Shown here: positions 1 to 11,497 of the stretch, in pieces | How positions within the stretch are numbered: the stretch's first letter is position 1 | Layout of the letters: the number at the start of each line of letters is the position of its first letter | Assembly: GCA_019828565.1 (NCBI GenBank) | Contig: JAHDYR010000062.1 | Location: forward strand, 1,002,421-1,066,420 | Direction of reading: 5' to 3' | From: Carpediemonas membranifera BICM | Taxonomy: Eukaryota > Protista > Fornicata | Length of the DNA stretch: 64,000 bases | Made by a program: the position numbers and the translations under genes | Notes under the pieces: model-generated | What the model saw: only the letters and a program-made list of their open reading frames with translations | Databases searched by the model: none | What the model was told of the DNA's origin: nothing

Positions 1-102
1 GACAACAGGAACTCTATCCAGCGTTGACTGGTACGCTGTTGGCCACAGAGCAGAGCATGCGGTATTTAAAGTGAATCGGGGCTATCATATAATAAAACTG
101 CG

Positions 103-3100
103 TCAGTCGGTTACTGAGTCGGGGAAGCAGCGCAGGAACTTGCCCGTCAGGTTGCTGGGCAGCTCGTTACGGGGCAGGGCTCGGAACAGGAGACTGAACT
201 GGCGCCTGGTGCTCGCCATCCGCTTGATCGACCGGAATAAGTAGAGTGTGTAGAAAAGGGCGAGCAACACGACGAACGCGGCCATGAACCAGAGGGCGTT
301 CGTCTGGGTCGAGCTGATCGTGCCGACGAAGCGCTGCCGCAGGTAGTACGACACCTTGATCATGGCGCCAGACACATCGTACACGAGCGTGTCGTTGATC
401 CACTCGTGGCTTGGTCCGAACATCGCCCCGTCGCTGATCTCGATCACAGTGAGGTTGGCACGGACCAGGTACGTCTGCACCGTCGTCAGCGCGCCCTGTG
501 TCGTCTCTGGACGGCGGGTCAGGTCGCAGTCGGCAGCGTGCAGGCGTATGCAGGCTGTGTGGAAGAGGACGCGGCCGATGTCGGCCTCGTACGCCCCGGC
601 CATCCAACCGTCCCGAACGACGACGGACTGCAGGGCCTTCGCGACCCACTCGGCCGCTGGGTTCGTACCAGCCCAGGCAGTGTCGATCGTCGCGATATCG
701 CTTACTGGGTGGCCGGCGAGCACCGAGGCGAAGTCCGAGAGCCCCTGGATGGCGCTCTGACTGATTTTTACGGCCTCAGTGACGGTTGTGGGGGCCGTGG
801 AGGGGGTCCATGCGGCCGTGGCGACGGAGCTCAGCACCCGTCGGAGGTCGAGCATGGAGCGGTACTGGTAGTAGATGGACTCGGAGTTCTGGCTGACGTC
901 GCCCGTCATGATAAGGGCAAAGAGGGCCATGGAGAGGTAGACGAGGCCGAACGCCCCAACCCACAGCAGCAGACCGGGGATGAGGCCCAATGCGAACTGG
1001 AGCTGCACGGCACGCCGCTTGAGCTGCGACTCGTGCACCTTCTCGTCCGCAGCGGGCGGGGCACTCGCCATACTTGCCCTGCGAGCGGCGAGGCTGTGGG
1101 CGTCGATCATGTCGTCCTCGTCCTCCTCATCGAGGTCCTGCTCCTTCATGCGGGCCAGTGCGGCGCTCAGACTGGGCACGGGCGGGCTCTCGGGGCTGTC
1201 GGAGTGGATCAGGGTGGAGCTGTTGAGCTGCAGCAGCGAGGGCTTCGTGCTCCCGCTCGACTGGGCCTTGAGGCTCCTATTCGACCGCTCGGCCGACCCC
1301 AGGAGCGCCGTGCTGAACTCCGTGAGCATCTCCTCCGTATCAGACGAGCTCCCGGTCGGCGTCTGCCCCTCAGAGCTGGACTCCCCCGTGGCGACGTCCA
1401 GGGTTAGGCAGACGTCCTCCTCGATGGGCAGCGGCGGGATGACGACCTCGTCCGGGACGTCCGCCATGGGCGTCTGCGGGGCTGTCCCCGTCTCCTGCAG
1501 CGCGCCCTCGTGCCACAGGTCGGCCTCGGCCTCTGAGTCCGACGCGGCACTGCCATCGAGCTGATGCTGGGGCATGATGCCGTCGAGCCGGTCGAGCATC
1601 ATGTCCAGTGCCGGCTCTACCCACTCCTGATCGAACGAACGGTCTGACCCGCCGTCCCCGTCGTCCTCGGCCGTGTCGGGGGCGTTGAAGTCGAGCAGCA
1701 TGGCTGAGGACCGCGTGCCCGACCGGGACATGGCCCTGGACCCCGGGGCTGATGTCATGGAGAGCTGGGTGTTCGACTTGCTGATTGTACGCTTGATCCT
1801 GGCGGCCTTGATGCCGAGGAAGCGGTTCTTGAGTGCCTCTGCGGTTGGCAGGGGGATGGCCGAGAAGAGAGAGACGACGTGGATGGTGAAGGAGATGTCC
1901 TTGGAGACGGGCACGACGTACAGCACGACTGAGATCGCCATGAACAGGCCGATGAAGCACGTGAAGACCGCGGAGAAGACGGCCATCTCGAGCACGGGGA
2001 AGAGCTGGGCGCTGATGAAGACCTCGTCGCCCACGGCGTAGAGGGCGTCGGTCACGCCAGACACTAGGGCATGCTCGAACTCGAGGAGCGTGTCGCCGAT
2101 GTCCGCGGTGCAGGCGGTAGAGACCACAGTGGCCGTGGTGCCGGCCGCCATGCCGTTCTTGAGGCACTCGGCGACGGACTCTGTTGTATGGACAATCTGG
2201 GCGATGAGGTCGTATGCCGAGGCCGACGCCTGGCCGCCATCTCTGACACCCGCCGAGAAGGTCGGGTAGACGATGCTGGCGTCCTCGAGCAGCGTGCGGA
2301 CGTTGTAGAGGAGGTGGGCCGACGCAGACACCAGGCGGTCGAGTGCAGCGTCGTACAGCGGCTGGGAGGCCTCGATGGCGCCGTACGGGTCCGATTCGAC
2401 GTAGCCGTTGGCCGCGTATGTGTTCATGAGGTCGTTATACGTCCCAAGTGCGGCCGTGATGTACTCCGTGCCCATGTCGGTGCTCACGGTGGCCCACATC
2501 GGGCCGATGTACTGGGACGCCGCGATGAGGTGGACTGGGCTGCCCGCACGGAGGTTGGACAGGCCCAGGGATACGTCCTGGAGGCCCGTGACAACGGCTG
2601 AGATGGCGACAACCTGCCACGAGATGTGTCGGCAGACGACGACGGTGAGGATGCAGAAGAGGAACGCCACGGTGAACAGCAGGGCGATGATGACGACAGA
2701 GGCGGCCGCCTGGATGTGGAGCCCGATGAACGAGACCGAGGCGCCCGACAGGTCCATGCGGTCGACCTTGACGTGCTCAGATCTCTTGTTCGGTCGACCC
2801 GACCCGAAGTGGACGACCTCAAGCTCATCAGCCACCCCGAACAGGGCATCGAGGTAGTCCTGCACGGCGTCTGTGTCGTTAAACATGAGGACATATTGCC
2901 CGTATGCCCGCAGCACCCTGGGGTTCGGGGTCTTCAACATGGAGTCGTACAGTCGCTCGGTCGACCGGAGGAGCAGGTTGATCTTGCGGGTCGTGGCGAT
3001 GAAGGTCGTCGCTGCCTTCAGGTTGACATTCATGCCCTTCTGCTCAATGACTAGTGCCCAGAACTGCCCGAGGGCGTCGGCCAGCTTCCTCTGGCTCCGG

Positions 3101-4705
3101 AGCAGTATGTTCATGTTCCTCTGGGCCTCGAGCTTCTCCATGACGCTGCTGTCCTCCTGCAGACTGTTCCGGTATTTGAGGCATATGAAGTGGAAATACC
3201 GGACATCCATCTGGCTCACCGTCCCCGCAAGCGCGCCAGAGACCGTGTTGATGGCGCTCTGAAGCGTGTTGCCGCGATAGCAGGCCGTATAAAGCACGTA
3301 CGACATCGCCACCATCGGGTGGGTCGGCCACCTTGCCCGGCAGTACTGGTACAGCCTGATCCCGACGTCGACCTCCATGGACAGCTGTTCAGCGATGTCG
3401 ATGAGCTCCTCACGGTAATCCCGGGGCAGCAGCAGGGGGTTGAGGTTGCCGTCGTCAGACACAGCCCCATGATACTCGAGGATGCCCATGGGAGTCCGCC
3501 GCTCAATGGCGTCGATGCGCATCTTACACCGCTTGATCTCCCGCCGGGTGTGCCGCAGCGCTATCTCCACCTGGAAGGGGAAGAGCAGCCTGGGTCCGCC
3601 TGCCATGTAAAGGTCGGCCACGGTTGTGCCCTCTGGTTTGTCGAGGCCACGCTCGATGATACGGCGCCTGAACCTCGCTGTGGGGAGTTCGGTGATGAAG
3701 TAGGACACGCATGGGGCGAGCACGGCGAAGGGGGCGAGGACTATGGATGATACGAAGAGCACGGGGTTGAATGACAGGAGGCTGATGACGAGAAGATGCA
3801 TGGACGCGACCCGGAGGATGTTCGTGATCATCCTATAGTACGGTATGAAGACCGTGAACGCCGACCCCAGCCCTAGGGCGAACACCAGCAGACAGCCGCG
3901 AAGTAGCGCTGGGCGCTGGTAGATCGGGGGGATCTGGAAGATGAGCACGATGAGGGCCTTGCCGAGGAGGTAGAAGACGTCGATGCGGGAGTGCAGCCGG
4001 GCCAGCGGGTTGGCTGACGTGTAGCCGTACGCGTACGAGGTCAGTGTAGCAAGGGCGACGAAGGCCGTGGCGCCTAGTACGAACAACCCGAGCACCGCCA
4101 TCGCACCCAGAACGAAGAGGTTGGTCGAGTTCTCTGTGGCGTACCCGGTGAGGAGGGAGATGACCACTGTGAGACATGGGATGAATGCTATCGTCGTCAC
4201 GAGGATGAGCGTCAGTCGGATGAAGCGGACGAGCATCATGTTAGGTACTCGGGACTGCTGGATCGCTCTAGCACTGAGGTAGCACGTCAGGGCAAGCGCC
4301 ATGAAAAACAGCAGGATGACGCCGCCTGCAGCGAGCAGGAATGAGTTGCCGAGGAGCGTGGCCATGGTCGACACGCGTGAGTAAGATAACAGGGATTGAA
4401 GAGTGCGCAAGATGGGACTGGAGGAGACCAATAGTCGCTCGTCGAGACAGGAGCTGAGCAGCTGGACCATGTCGCCGGCCTGGGTGAGTTGGGGGGGGGG
4501 GATGCAAACCATGAAGAGCAGCTGGAGGATCCAGAAGAACTTTGTAGGAGAGCTGATGAGATAAACGATCTCAAAAAACTTGTGTAAAGGGATGAAGGGC
4601 TACATATGTGTGCTGCAAGTGCTGAATGCCGCTAAAAGCTGTGGAACTGGCTGCTGAGGGTGGCCCGTTGTTCTTGATCGTAGATTGGCTCTCAACACGA
4701 GTCAT
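103..4705 (-). CDS. Large multi-pass membrane protein, TmcB/TmcC (tiny macrocysts)-like; 2 predicted short introns (4579-4603, 4480-4509)
   Basis: 1469-aa ORF with N-terminal TM cluster, TPR-like segment (RLYDSMLKTPNPRVLRAYGQYV) and further TM helices. Removing two GT..AG introns extends the frame to an ATG at 4705 (MTRVESQ...HTY|FFEIVYLIS...LLFM|AGDMVQ). Family call from recalled motifs. Confidence 0.65.
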
Positions 4706-5045
4706 ATTGTGCGGTCGTCGTGGAGACCGCAGATTTAACGAGCTCATCGCAACGCCCGCCCTGTTTCGATATTTCGCAGCTTAGACACAGTCAAGATTTG
4801 CAAGATCCCAGGATTTACCCCTGAGAACAATGCACCCAGGCTGGTTGTAGCTAGCTAGCAGCCTGATGGCAGCAGTTTTTGTCGTTTCGAAATGAAATTG
4901 ACTTGATCCGATTAAAGGATTGGACAACCGATGACGCGCAGTGACATTGGGTAAGCCCACATAATTTCAGCATCGTAGCCAGCAAACACATGCCATCCGA
5001 CACAAACCGGTTGTGGGGTCGAACTGGAGTTGAGCTCCCACCACA

Positions 5046-5771
5046 ATGGATGCTGAAGCAAGCCATGAGCAGACCAAGCAGCAGACGGTCCCTAAAACGG
5101 GTTCATCTGCCAAGAATGTGATCTCCGCCGCTCTCTTCCTCGTTGCCGTGTATGTTATGGCCATCTATTGGCAATACACCGTCAAGGACAACTTTGTCGC
5201 CTTCACCGTAACCAAGGTGCTTCCCTGTGTTATCATGGGTATGATTGCCGCTATTTATGCCCAGTGGCTGATCTCCATCGGTTTGCTTCTCGGTGCTGGC
5301 GGCGATCTTCTCCTTGCCTTCGCCAACCAGGCTCTGTGGGTCACCAAGAGCCCCCTTGGCGTCCCTCTCTTCGCCATGGGCGCGTTTAGCTTCCTTCTGG
5401 GCCACGTTGCGTACATCTTCTTCGCAGTTCGACTCCATCGTCGCCTGTCACTCCTCCACCTCCTCCCCTTCGTCGCCATGGTCGGCGCCATGCTCTACAA
5501 GCTCCACACCAGCGGGAACACCAGCTTTGCGGCCGTCGTCCCCGTCTACTCCCTCTTCATCAGCGTCATGGGCTGGCGTACCACAGCCATCCCCAAGACG
5601 TCCGGCCCGAACATCCTCATCGGGCTGGCCGGCGTCTTGTTCGCGGCTAGTGACTTCACGTTGGGTCTGGTGTACTTCGTGGCGCCCGTCCCACACCACC
5701 GTCTCATCATCATGACGACATACTGGGCCGCGCAGACGCTCTTCCTCCTGCAGGGCATCATGCGCTCGTGA
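5046..5771 (+). CDS. YhhN/TMEM86 lysoplasmalogenase-like membrane protein
   Basis: About 7-8 TM helices with family motifs GDLLL, FLLGHVAY, FAASD and TYWAAQ. Confidence 0.85.
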   Translation: MDAEASHEQTKQQTVPKTGSSAKNVISAALFLVAVYVMAIYWQYTVKDNFVAFTVTKVLPCVIMGMIAAIYAQWLISIGLLLGAGGDLLLAFANQALWVTKSPLGVPLFAMGAFSFLLGHVAYIFFAVRLHRRLSLLHLLPFVAMVGAMLYKLHTSGNTSFAAVVPVYSLFISVMGWRTTAIPKTSGPNILIGLAGVLFAASDFTLGLVYFVAPVPHHRLIIMTTYWAAQTLFLLQGIMRS

Positions 5772-5820
5772 TGTAAAATACTCGGTTAGCGCGCTATGGT
5801 GTTTATATTGTTACATTGAC

Positions 5821-7296
5821 TCATATATCGTCGAAGTTGACGTCAGGCCGGCACTCGTCGAGCTGGTCGCGGTACTCCAGGAGCCGCTCGAGCAGCCCCC
5901 GCAGACACGCCTTCGTGGCGTCTCTCGGGATGGCCATGGGCTTGATGTGCTTGTGCTTGAGCAGGATCTGCTCTGTCTTCCGGATCTTCTCCGTCAGCAG
6001 GCCGGTACACACATCGAGCCAACGCGCCGCCTGTGAGTTGCAGCTGCTGAAGGAGAGCGAGCGGCAGTCGATATAAATGCTCCGACCGATATGTAAATCC
6101 CATTCTTCGCACGGCATGCCGTCGTCCGCGTCAATCTGGGCCCCGACGATGGGCTTACCGTCCACGACAAGCTCCACCTCACCCTTGCCGCCGTCCCGCG
6201 CAGGAGAGTACCGCACTCGCACGCCGTGGTGTCCAGTCCGATCGCGCCAGCCCGTGGTGAAGACCATCAGCCGGGGTGCGAGGGGCAGCAGGGATCGGGC
6301 CAGCACCGTGCTCTCCCTCGCAGTCTCTGCGGCGGCGGTGGGTGCAAGATCGTCTGCAGTCAGTGGTTTCGCCGTCTGTTCCGGCGGGGGCGCCTTCGCT
6401 GAGTATGTGCGGCAGCAGGTCTGGAACTCCCGGATCGCGGCCAGCATCGCTTCTCCCTTGGTCTCACTGATCAGCTGTCCTGGGATCCGCACGATGGTGT
6501 CCGGGTCAGGGTCCGGATCAGGGGCCACTCGTATCTGGTCTGTCGCGAAGTTATACCAGAGTGTCACGGGCCGGGTCATGTCCGCCCGGACCTGGGGCGG
6601 CCTGGGGTCCGGAAAGCCCAGCCACTGTCTCTTAGGGTCCCGCTCAGCCCGCCTGTGTCTCTCCACGGCGGTACGGATGACGTCGTCGAGGGGGTGGCGT
6701 GTGAGCGTCTCGCCCGTCCGCGTGTGTGTGTAGATGGGGTAGCCCGACGTCGACAGCGCGTCCTCCCGCCATTCCTTGGGCACTGGCACTATCTGTGCGA
6801 GGTACGGGGCCCACAGCAAGTCAGTGTCCTCGTGGGGGTCGAGGTGGAGGGTCAGGGCCGACGAGATGACGTCAAGGACGACAAGGGGAAGCTGCCAGCA
6901 GTTCAACTCAATGTTGTCTGTCTCCCCGGCCGCTGGTGTGAGCCTCTTGTTCCACCCGGGACAGCTGTGGATGTTACCAACCATGCGGGCGTACACACGG
7001 TCAGTAGGGTGCTCCCAGGACGTCTCCTCCGTGACCAGGTTATAGTAGTACGTCCCTGTCTCCTCGTTGTCCACTTCTACCCACGGAGACGGCACAGGCT
7101 GCCTGCTGGCCTCCTCTGCCAGGTACAAGAGGTGCGGCTCCGCTATTGGGTCGATGCCGAGCGATCCCGCGAACTCAAAGACCTCTTTGATCTCATCGGG
7201 GATTTCCGAGATGTCAAGTCCCCGAAAATTCATTGGTAGGTCGTGAATGTTCGTTTCGTCGCTGATTTCCAACTTGAGGTGCACTTTTGGGGACAT
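5821..7296 (-). CDS. WW-domain protein with CEP164-like N-terminal modules and possible C-terminal DM10-like segment
   Basis: LGIDP..EPHLLYLAEE..P.PSPW..YYYN..T.ETSWEHP.D matches the CEP164-type WW module, with a second degenerate copy following. First ATG is at 7296. Confidence 0.7.
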   Translation of the reverse strand: MSPKVHLKLEISDETNIHDLPMNFRGLDISEIPDEIKEVFEFAGSLGIDPIAEPHLLYLAEEASRQPVPSPWVEVDNEETGTYYYNLVTEETSWEHPTDRVYARMVGNIHSCPGWNKRLTPAAGETDNIELNCWQLPLVVLDVISSALTLHLDPHEDTDLLWAPYLAQIVPVPKEWREDALSTSGYPIYTHTRTGETLTRHPLDDVIRTAVERHRRAERDPKRQWLGFPDPRPPQVRADMTRPVTLWYNFATDQIRVAPDPDPDPDTIVRIPGQLISETKGEAMLAAIREFQTCCRTYSAKAPPPEQTAKPLTADDLAPTAAAETARESTVLARSLLPLAPRLMVFTTGWRDRTGHHGVRVRYSPARDGGKGEVELVVDGKPIVGAQIDADDGMPCEEWDLHIGRSIYIDCRSLSFSSCNSQAARWLDVCTGLLTEKIRKTEQILLKHKHIKPMAIPRDATKACLRGLLERLLEYRDQLDECRPDVNFDDI

Positions 7297-7360
7297 TTGG
7301 GCGATTGCGCGCCTGAGCCGCTCCCACACGCCAGCAATGCCATATGAATACTTTACACCC

Positions 7361-8587
7361 CTAGTTCTGGGTTCCGTTGGACAGATATGCGTTCATGTGG
7401 GACCCCCGCGCCCTGCTCGACGGCGACACGGGCGTCATGCGCCTGGCAGCCAGCATCATCGCAGCGTCAAAGAACTCAGACCCGGCCTCGCGGGAGGCGG
7501 CCACCTGGTGGTTGTGCTTGGCCCAGAAGGCCTTCCATTGGTTCACGTGGGCGACGAGGGCGTCGTTCTCGGCCCGAGTCGACGCCAGGTCACGCCGCAG
7601 CTTCTCATTCTCCGCCTTGAGCCTCTTATTCTCCCGCTCCATGGAGTGTGCCTCGGCGTCGTAGTTCGAGACCACCGCGCTCTGATCCTTCGGCGGGGTG
7701 AGGGCCACGAGGTAGCGCTTCATCATGGGATACTGGAACACGTCATCCAGCCGGGGTCGGCGGTCGGGAGCCTTGGTCAACATGCTTGTGATGAGGTTCT
7801 TGAGGCCCTCTGAGACGTGTGTGATGTGCCGAGGGAACCGGATGTCTTTGTCCAGAATCTGACGGTACAGCGCCATCTGTGTGTTGTTCCGTGGGACAAA
7901 GGGGGCCCGCAGGAAGCACATCTCGTACAAGCAGGCCCCGATGGCCCACACATCGACCTTGTTGTCATAGGCCTGCCCGCTGATGATCTCGGGCGCCTGG
8001 TACAGGGGCGTCCCGCACTGCGTCCTGGCGGCCATGGTCTCCTGCGTTAAGATGCGGCCAAGACCCATATCAGCGACCTTGATGTCGCCTGCTTTGGTGA
8101 CCATGATGTTGGCAGGCTTCAGATCTCGGTGGAGGATGTTGCGGCTGTGCATGTTGTGGAGTGCGAGGCATATCTGAACGAGCCAGCGCCAGATCTGGTC
8201 CTCGGGGATGACCTCGTGTGCCCGCCGCTTGGTCTCCAAGATCGTGCTCAGGTCGTGGCCGTCGATGTACTCCATCACAATGTACAGGTGCTTCTGCCAG
8301 ATGGCGCTGTCGAAGTGGCGGACGACGTTGGGGTGGTTCAGGCGCCTCATGACCCGGACCTCGTTTGACGCACGGGACTGCTCCTTCTCAGACATTGTAG
8401 CGGTGTCGTAGGGCACCATCTTGATTGCTACCTTTGTTCCTGGTTCTAGTTCTACTTCAGAGCCTGTTATGGGGCCGCGTGGCTTGATCACACTCGCGAG
8501 GAAGACTTGGCCGAATGCGCCTTTGCCAAGAATCGCTTCTGGTTGATATTCGTATCTGGTCGAAAGAATAACACCGTTTCCTGCCAT
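7361..8587 (-). CDS. NEK: NIMA-related (NEK) Ser/Thr kinase with C-terminal coiled coil
   Basis: GKGAFG, VAIK, HRDLKPANI, DMG, GTPLYQAPE, DVWAIG; the IWRWLVQICLAL segment is NEK-typical. Confidence 0.9.
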   Translation of the reverse strand: MAGNGVILSTRYEYQPEAILGKGAFGQVFLASVIKPRGPITGSEVELEPGTKVAIKMVPYDTATMSEKEQSRASNEVRVMRRLNHPNVVRHFDSAIWQKHLYIVMEYIDGHDLSTILETKRRAHEVIPEDQIWRWLVQICLALHNMHSRNILHRDLKPANIMVTKAGDIKVADMGLGRILTQETMAARTQCGTPLYQAPEIISGQAYDNKVDVWAIGACLYEMCFLRAPFVPRNNTQMALYRQILDKDIRFPRHITHVSEGLKNLITSMLTKAPDRRPRLDDVFQYPMMKRYLVALTPPKDQSAVVSNYDAEAHSMERENKRLKAENEKLRRDLASTRAENDALVAHVNQWKAFWAKHNHQVAASREAGSEFFDAAMMLAARRMTPVSPSSRARGSHMNAYLSNGTQN

Positions 8588-8920
8588 CAGGCCGGTGTTT
8601 CCTTTGAATTTTCGGTGTGGCCATCATCTTCCACCGCAAACGACTGCCGCTCCAAATATTGTGACTCAAGCAGAATAGCCACGAGAGGGCCGGCCAACGC
8701 TTGCTTGACTGTATAATCTGCACAGACCACATCTGCCTGGTGTTGGCTGCATTTAGGATAAGTAAGAAGCAGCAGTGTGTGCCGGTCCGGGCCGCCCCGT
8801 CTATCAACTGGGGGGCGTTCTCTCTCATTACGGGGCATGGCCGCGGCATGCCGCAGCGACTGTCACTCAACCTGCGGGAAATGATGCGATCGATCGTTGA
8901 ACTAACCTGGCTGAAACACA

Positions 8921-9676
8921 ATGTTCAGGAACCAGTACGATTCGTTTGTGCTTTCCTATGCTCTGACGCAGTGATGTAACCACTTATAGTCCCCAAGGGC
9001 GCCTTCATCAGGTAGAATACGCTATGGAGTCTCAAAAGCTCGGAAGCGTCATCACAGGCGTCCGTTCGAACACACATGTTGTCCTTGCTGCCATCAAACG
9101 CTCATCTGGACCCCTTTGCTCGTACCACGAGAAGATCTTCGATGTCGACTCTCACTGCGGCATTGCTCTCGCCGGCCTCGCCGCTGATGGCCGCGGTCTC
9201 TGCCGCTATCTCCGCAGAGAGGCCATGGACCACCAGTATGTGTACAACAGCGAGGTCCCTATCGAGCGCCTCGTCCTCGGCCTGGCGGATAGTACGTACC
9301 CCGCCTTTCCCCTCACACAGAGTCCCAGCAGCGCACACAGATCGAGGGCAGCAGGCCCTACGGTGTCTCCCTCATCGTTGGCGGCCATGACCGTACAGGC
9401 CCGCGTCTCTTCCAGACGTGCCCGAGCGGCAATTGCTATGAGTACTACGCCTGCGCCCTCGGCCAGCGCGCCCAATCCGCTATGTCCTTCTTCGACCGCA
9501 ACAAGGAGAAGATCGCGGAGTCCACCGAGGCTGAGCTCGTCCGCCTGGCGTTCGACGCCCTCCGCACAACCCTGAGCGAGGACGGTGACCTCACTCCCGC
9601 GAGCATCTCGGTCGCAATCGCCGGCGCTGACGGGTTCAAGAAGCTCACAGACGATGAGGTTTTGGCGTTTTTCTAG
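8921..9676 (+). CDS. PSMA1: 20S proteasome subunit alpha type-1 (alpha6); introns 8944-8971 and 9292-9320
   Basis: Spliced protein MFRNQYDS|DVTTYSPQGRLHQVEYAME...LADK|SQQRTQ..RPYGVSL..GPRLFQTCPSGN is the canonical alpha6 sequence. Both introns are GT..AG and restore frame. Confidence 0.95.
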
Positions 9677-10150
9677 GCATGGTCTTGTTTTCTTTGCGGC
9701 TGCAGCTTGACATGCGCGATTGTCGGCCTCATTTTGAACCCGCCGGGTGATGTCTCGCACGCTGGTCAAGCATTACAGGGGAAATAAATGATGCGATGGT
9801 GTTTTCACGACGTGATCTCGATGAATTCATTTTGTTACGCAGGGCAGCGGAGCCCACGCCAACTCGGCGAATATGGCAGACGGTAATTCGGTGCGATTCG
9901 ATCGCGCGAAGCGCAAGGAGGAAATCGTATCAAGCCCTCAGAAGGCTAGAGAGCATGGGAGATCGTAACAACGACAACGATGAGGTTCGGCAGCCCGAAG
10001 CCGACCTCCAATCCGCCAGCTGGCGTGATCCGGTCTCCGCTGTAGGGGAGATTGGAGCCGAGACATTTACGTTTACACAGACAGGATAACGCCCAAAACG
10101 ATAAATATCTCGCCCCCCATTAGGTTAGTACTGTGTAGTCTCCCTGTGCC

Positions 10151-10326
10151 GTCTGCCCAGTCAGACACCAACCTTGCAATAAAGTGCACTTTATTTATTG
10201 GAAAGGGGCCCAATCGTGTTCATATGCTTTTATGGGTAATATGCGAGTTTTTTGCAAAAATCAAGCCTATCAAGGTGTTATTATTATTTTTCGGACAAAT
10301 TCGAGCTGCTGTCTGACTAGGCAGAC
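10151..10326. repeat. 17-bp inverted repeat pair (16/17 match) enclosing an AT-rich core with a perfect 18-bp palindrome
   Basis: gtctgcccagtcagaca (10151-10167) versus tgtctgactaggcagac (10310-10326); aataaagtgcactttatt at 10178-10195. Confidence 0.6.
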
Positions 10327-10584
10327 ACTCACATTCACTTATGAATTCTCCTGGGGGCGGAACATTTACATGATTCGTCGCGTAATGTTCCCTGTGCCCG
10401 CGGTCCCGCGGACTGTAAAACGTCGTGGTGTCAAGAGGACCCCTGGGTCACGGGTTCCATGGCTTCATTGCCTAGCCCACTTTGGCTTCGGCTCTTCCCT
10501 CAACGTCCTGTTAACTCGCCGGACCTGAGTACGTCTCGCGTTATTGCTCCTTTTGTTTTGTTTCCACTGAGCTTGTGGAATGTC

Positions 10585-10658
10585 TGACCCCAACTGGAAT
10601 CGAACCCGCGACCCTCCGTCTCTCAGGCTGGGGGCCTAACCATCTGAGCTACGGCTGG
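10585..10658 (-). pseudogene. tRNA-derived element (degenerate cloverleaf, intact A and B boxes)
   Basis: Minus strand reads TAGCTCAGATGGTTAG ... GGTTCGATTCC at tRNA spacing (74 nt), but the acceptor and anticodon stems do not pair. Confidence 0.65.
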
Positions 10659-10823
10659 AGCGCTTTCGGGATTTTGCGATTTGCGGTCCCCGGTGTTGTT
10701 CTCGGTTTCTTCAGCCATCTGGCCGTAATTGATTCGATCCCGATTCGTTCGGCTCGAATAAATCGAATCAGGCAGATCCATCGCCCATGCTCCATTATCT
10801 CACGCCGGAGCTGACGTCTCTAG

Positions 10824-10896
10824 ACGCCTGTGGTGTAGAGGTTCAGCATTTCACTTTCCCAAGGTGGAGACCCGGGTTCGAATCCCGGTAGGCGTA
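10824..10896 (+). tRNA. tRNA-Gly(CCC)
   Basis: Acceptor ACGCCTG/TAGGCGT, anticodon loop TTCCCAA, 4-nt variable loop, T arm CCGGG-TTCGAAT-CCCGG, discriminator A, TTTT terminator just downstream. Confidence 0.9.
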
Positions 10897-11497
10897 CATT
10901 TTGACCGATGTGCCGCTTGACCTTAAATTGCTTGACTCCGTCGAGTCAACGGGGGCAAAATCTCTTCTACTGGTTCTGTGGGTACACCAGACGCATTAGA
11001 TGTGCGATCAGAGTATCTGGAACACTTGTAGTTCTTCTTTTGACACACGAATGACATTGTGCTCGAGTAACATCCCATGTCGCTCGTTCATTTCATCTGC
11101 AACATAAATGTTCGATCTCCGCGGCTTGGTTCGTTCGGCCTTTCACCGGTTGAATTGACTGCTAAGCCTTGTTCCTATCCTCCAGATAGATATTTCCTAT
11201 ATCATGGTCGAACTGACTCAGCATTTCGCAATGGCTGGGCTCAAACATTTTCGAGTCGGGAGCGAAAGTTTCCCAGACAGATATGGCAGGAACCCTGACT
11301 GTATAAAGGCAGCGTCTACTCACTGCGGGACACCATACGTTACGGGTTGAACTGTATACGCGGCCAGATGGCCGCAATGGAGGTCGACTTCTCACTCATA
11401 GAGCATCCGTCTGACCGCCGACAACAAGACGAACATCCACTAAACCAGCTGCGGCCATACCATCCATCCATGCTTTAGTCAGCCGTTAGTCAATTAT

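Noticed and set aside
9796-10089. 97-aa ORF in the gene-free island
   Set aside because: No host-like codon bias or recognisable motif
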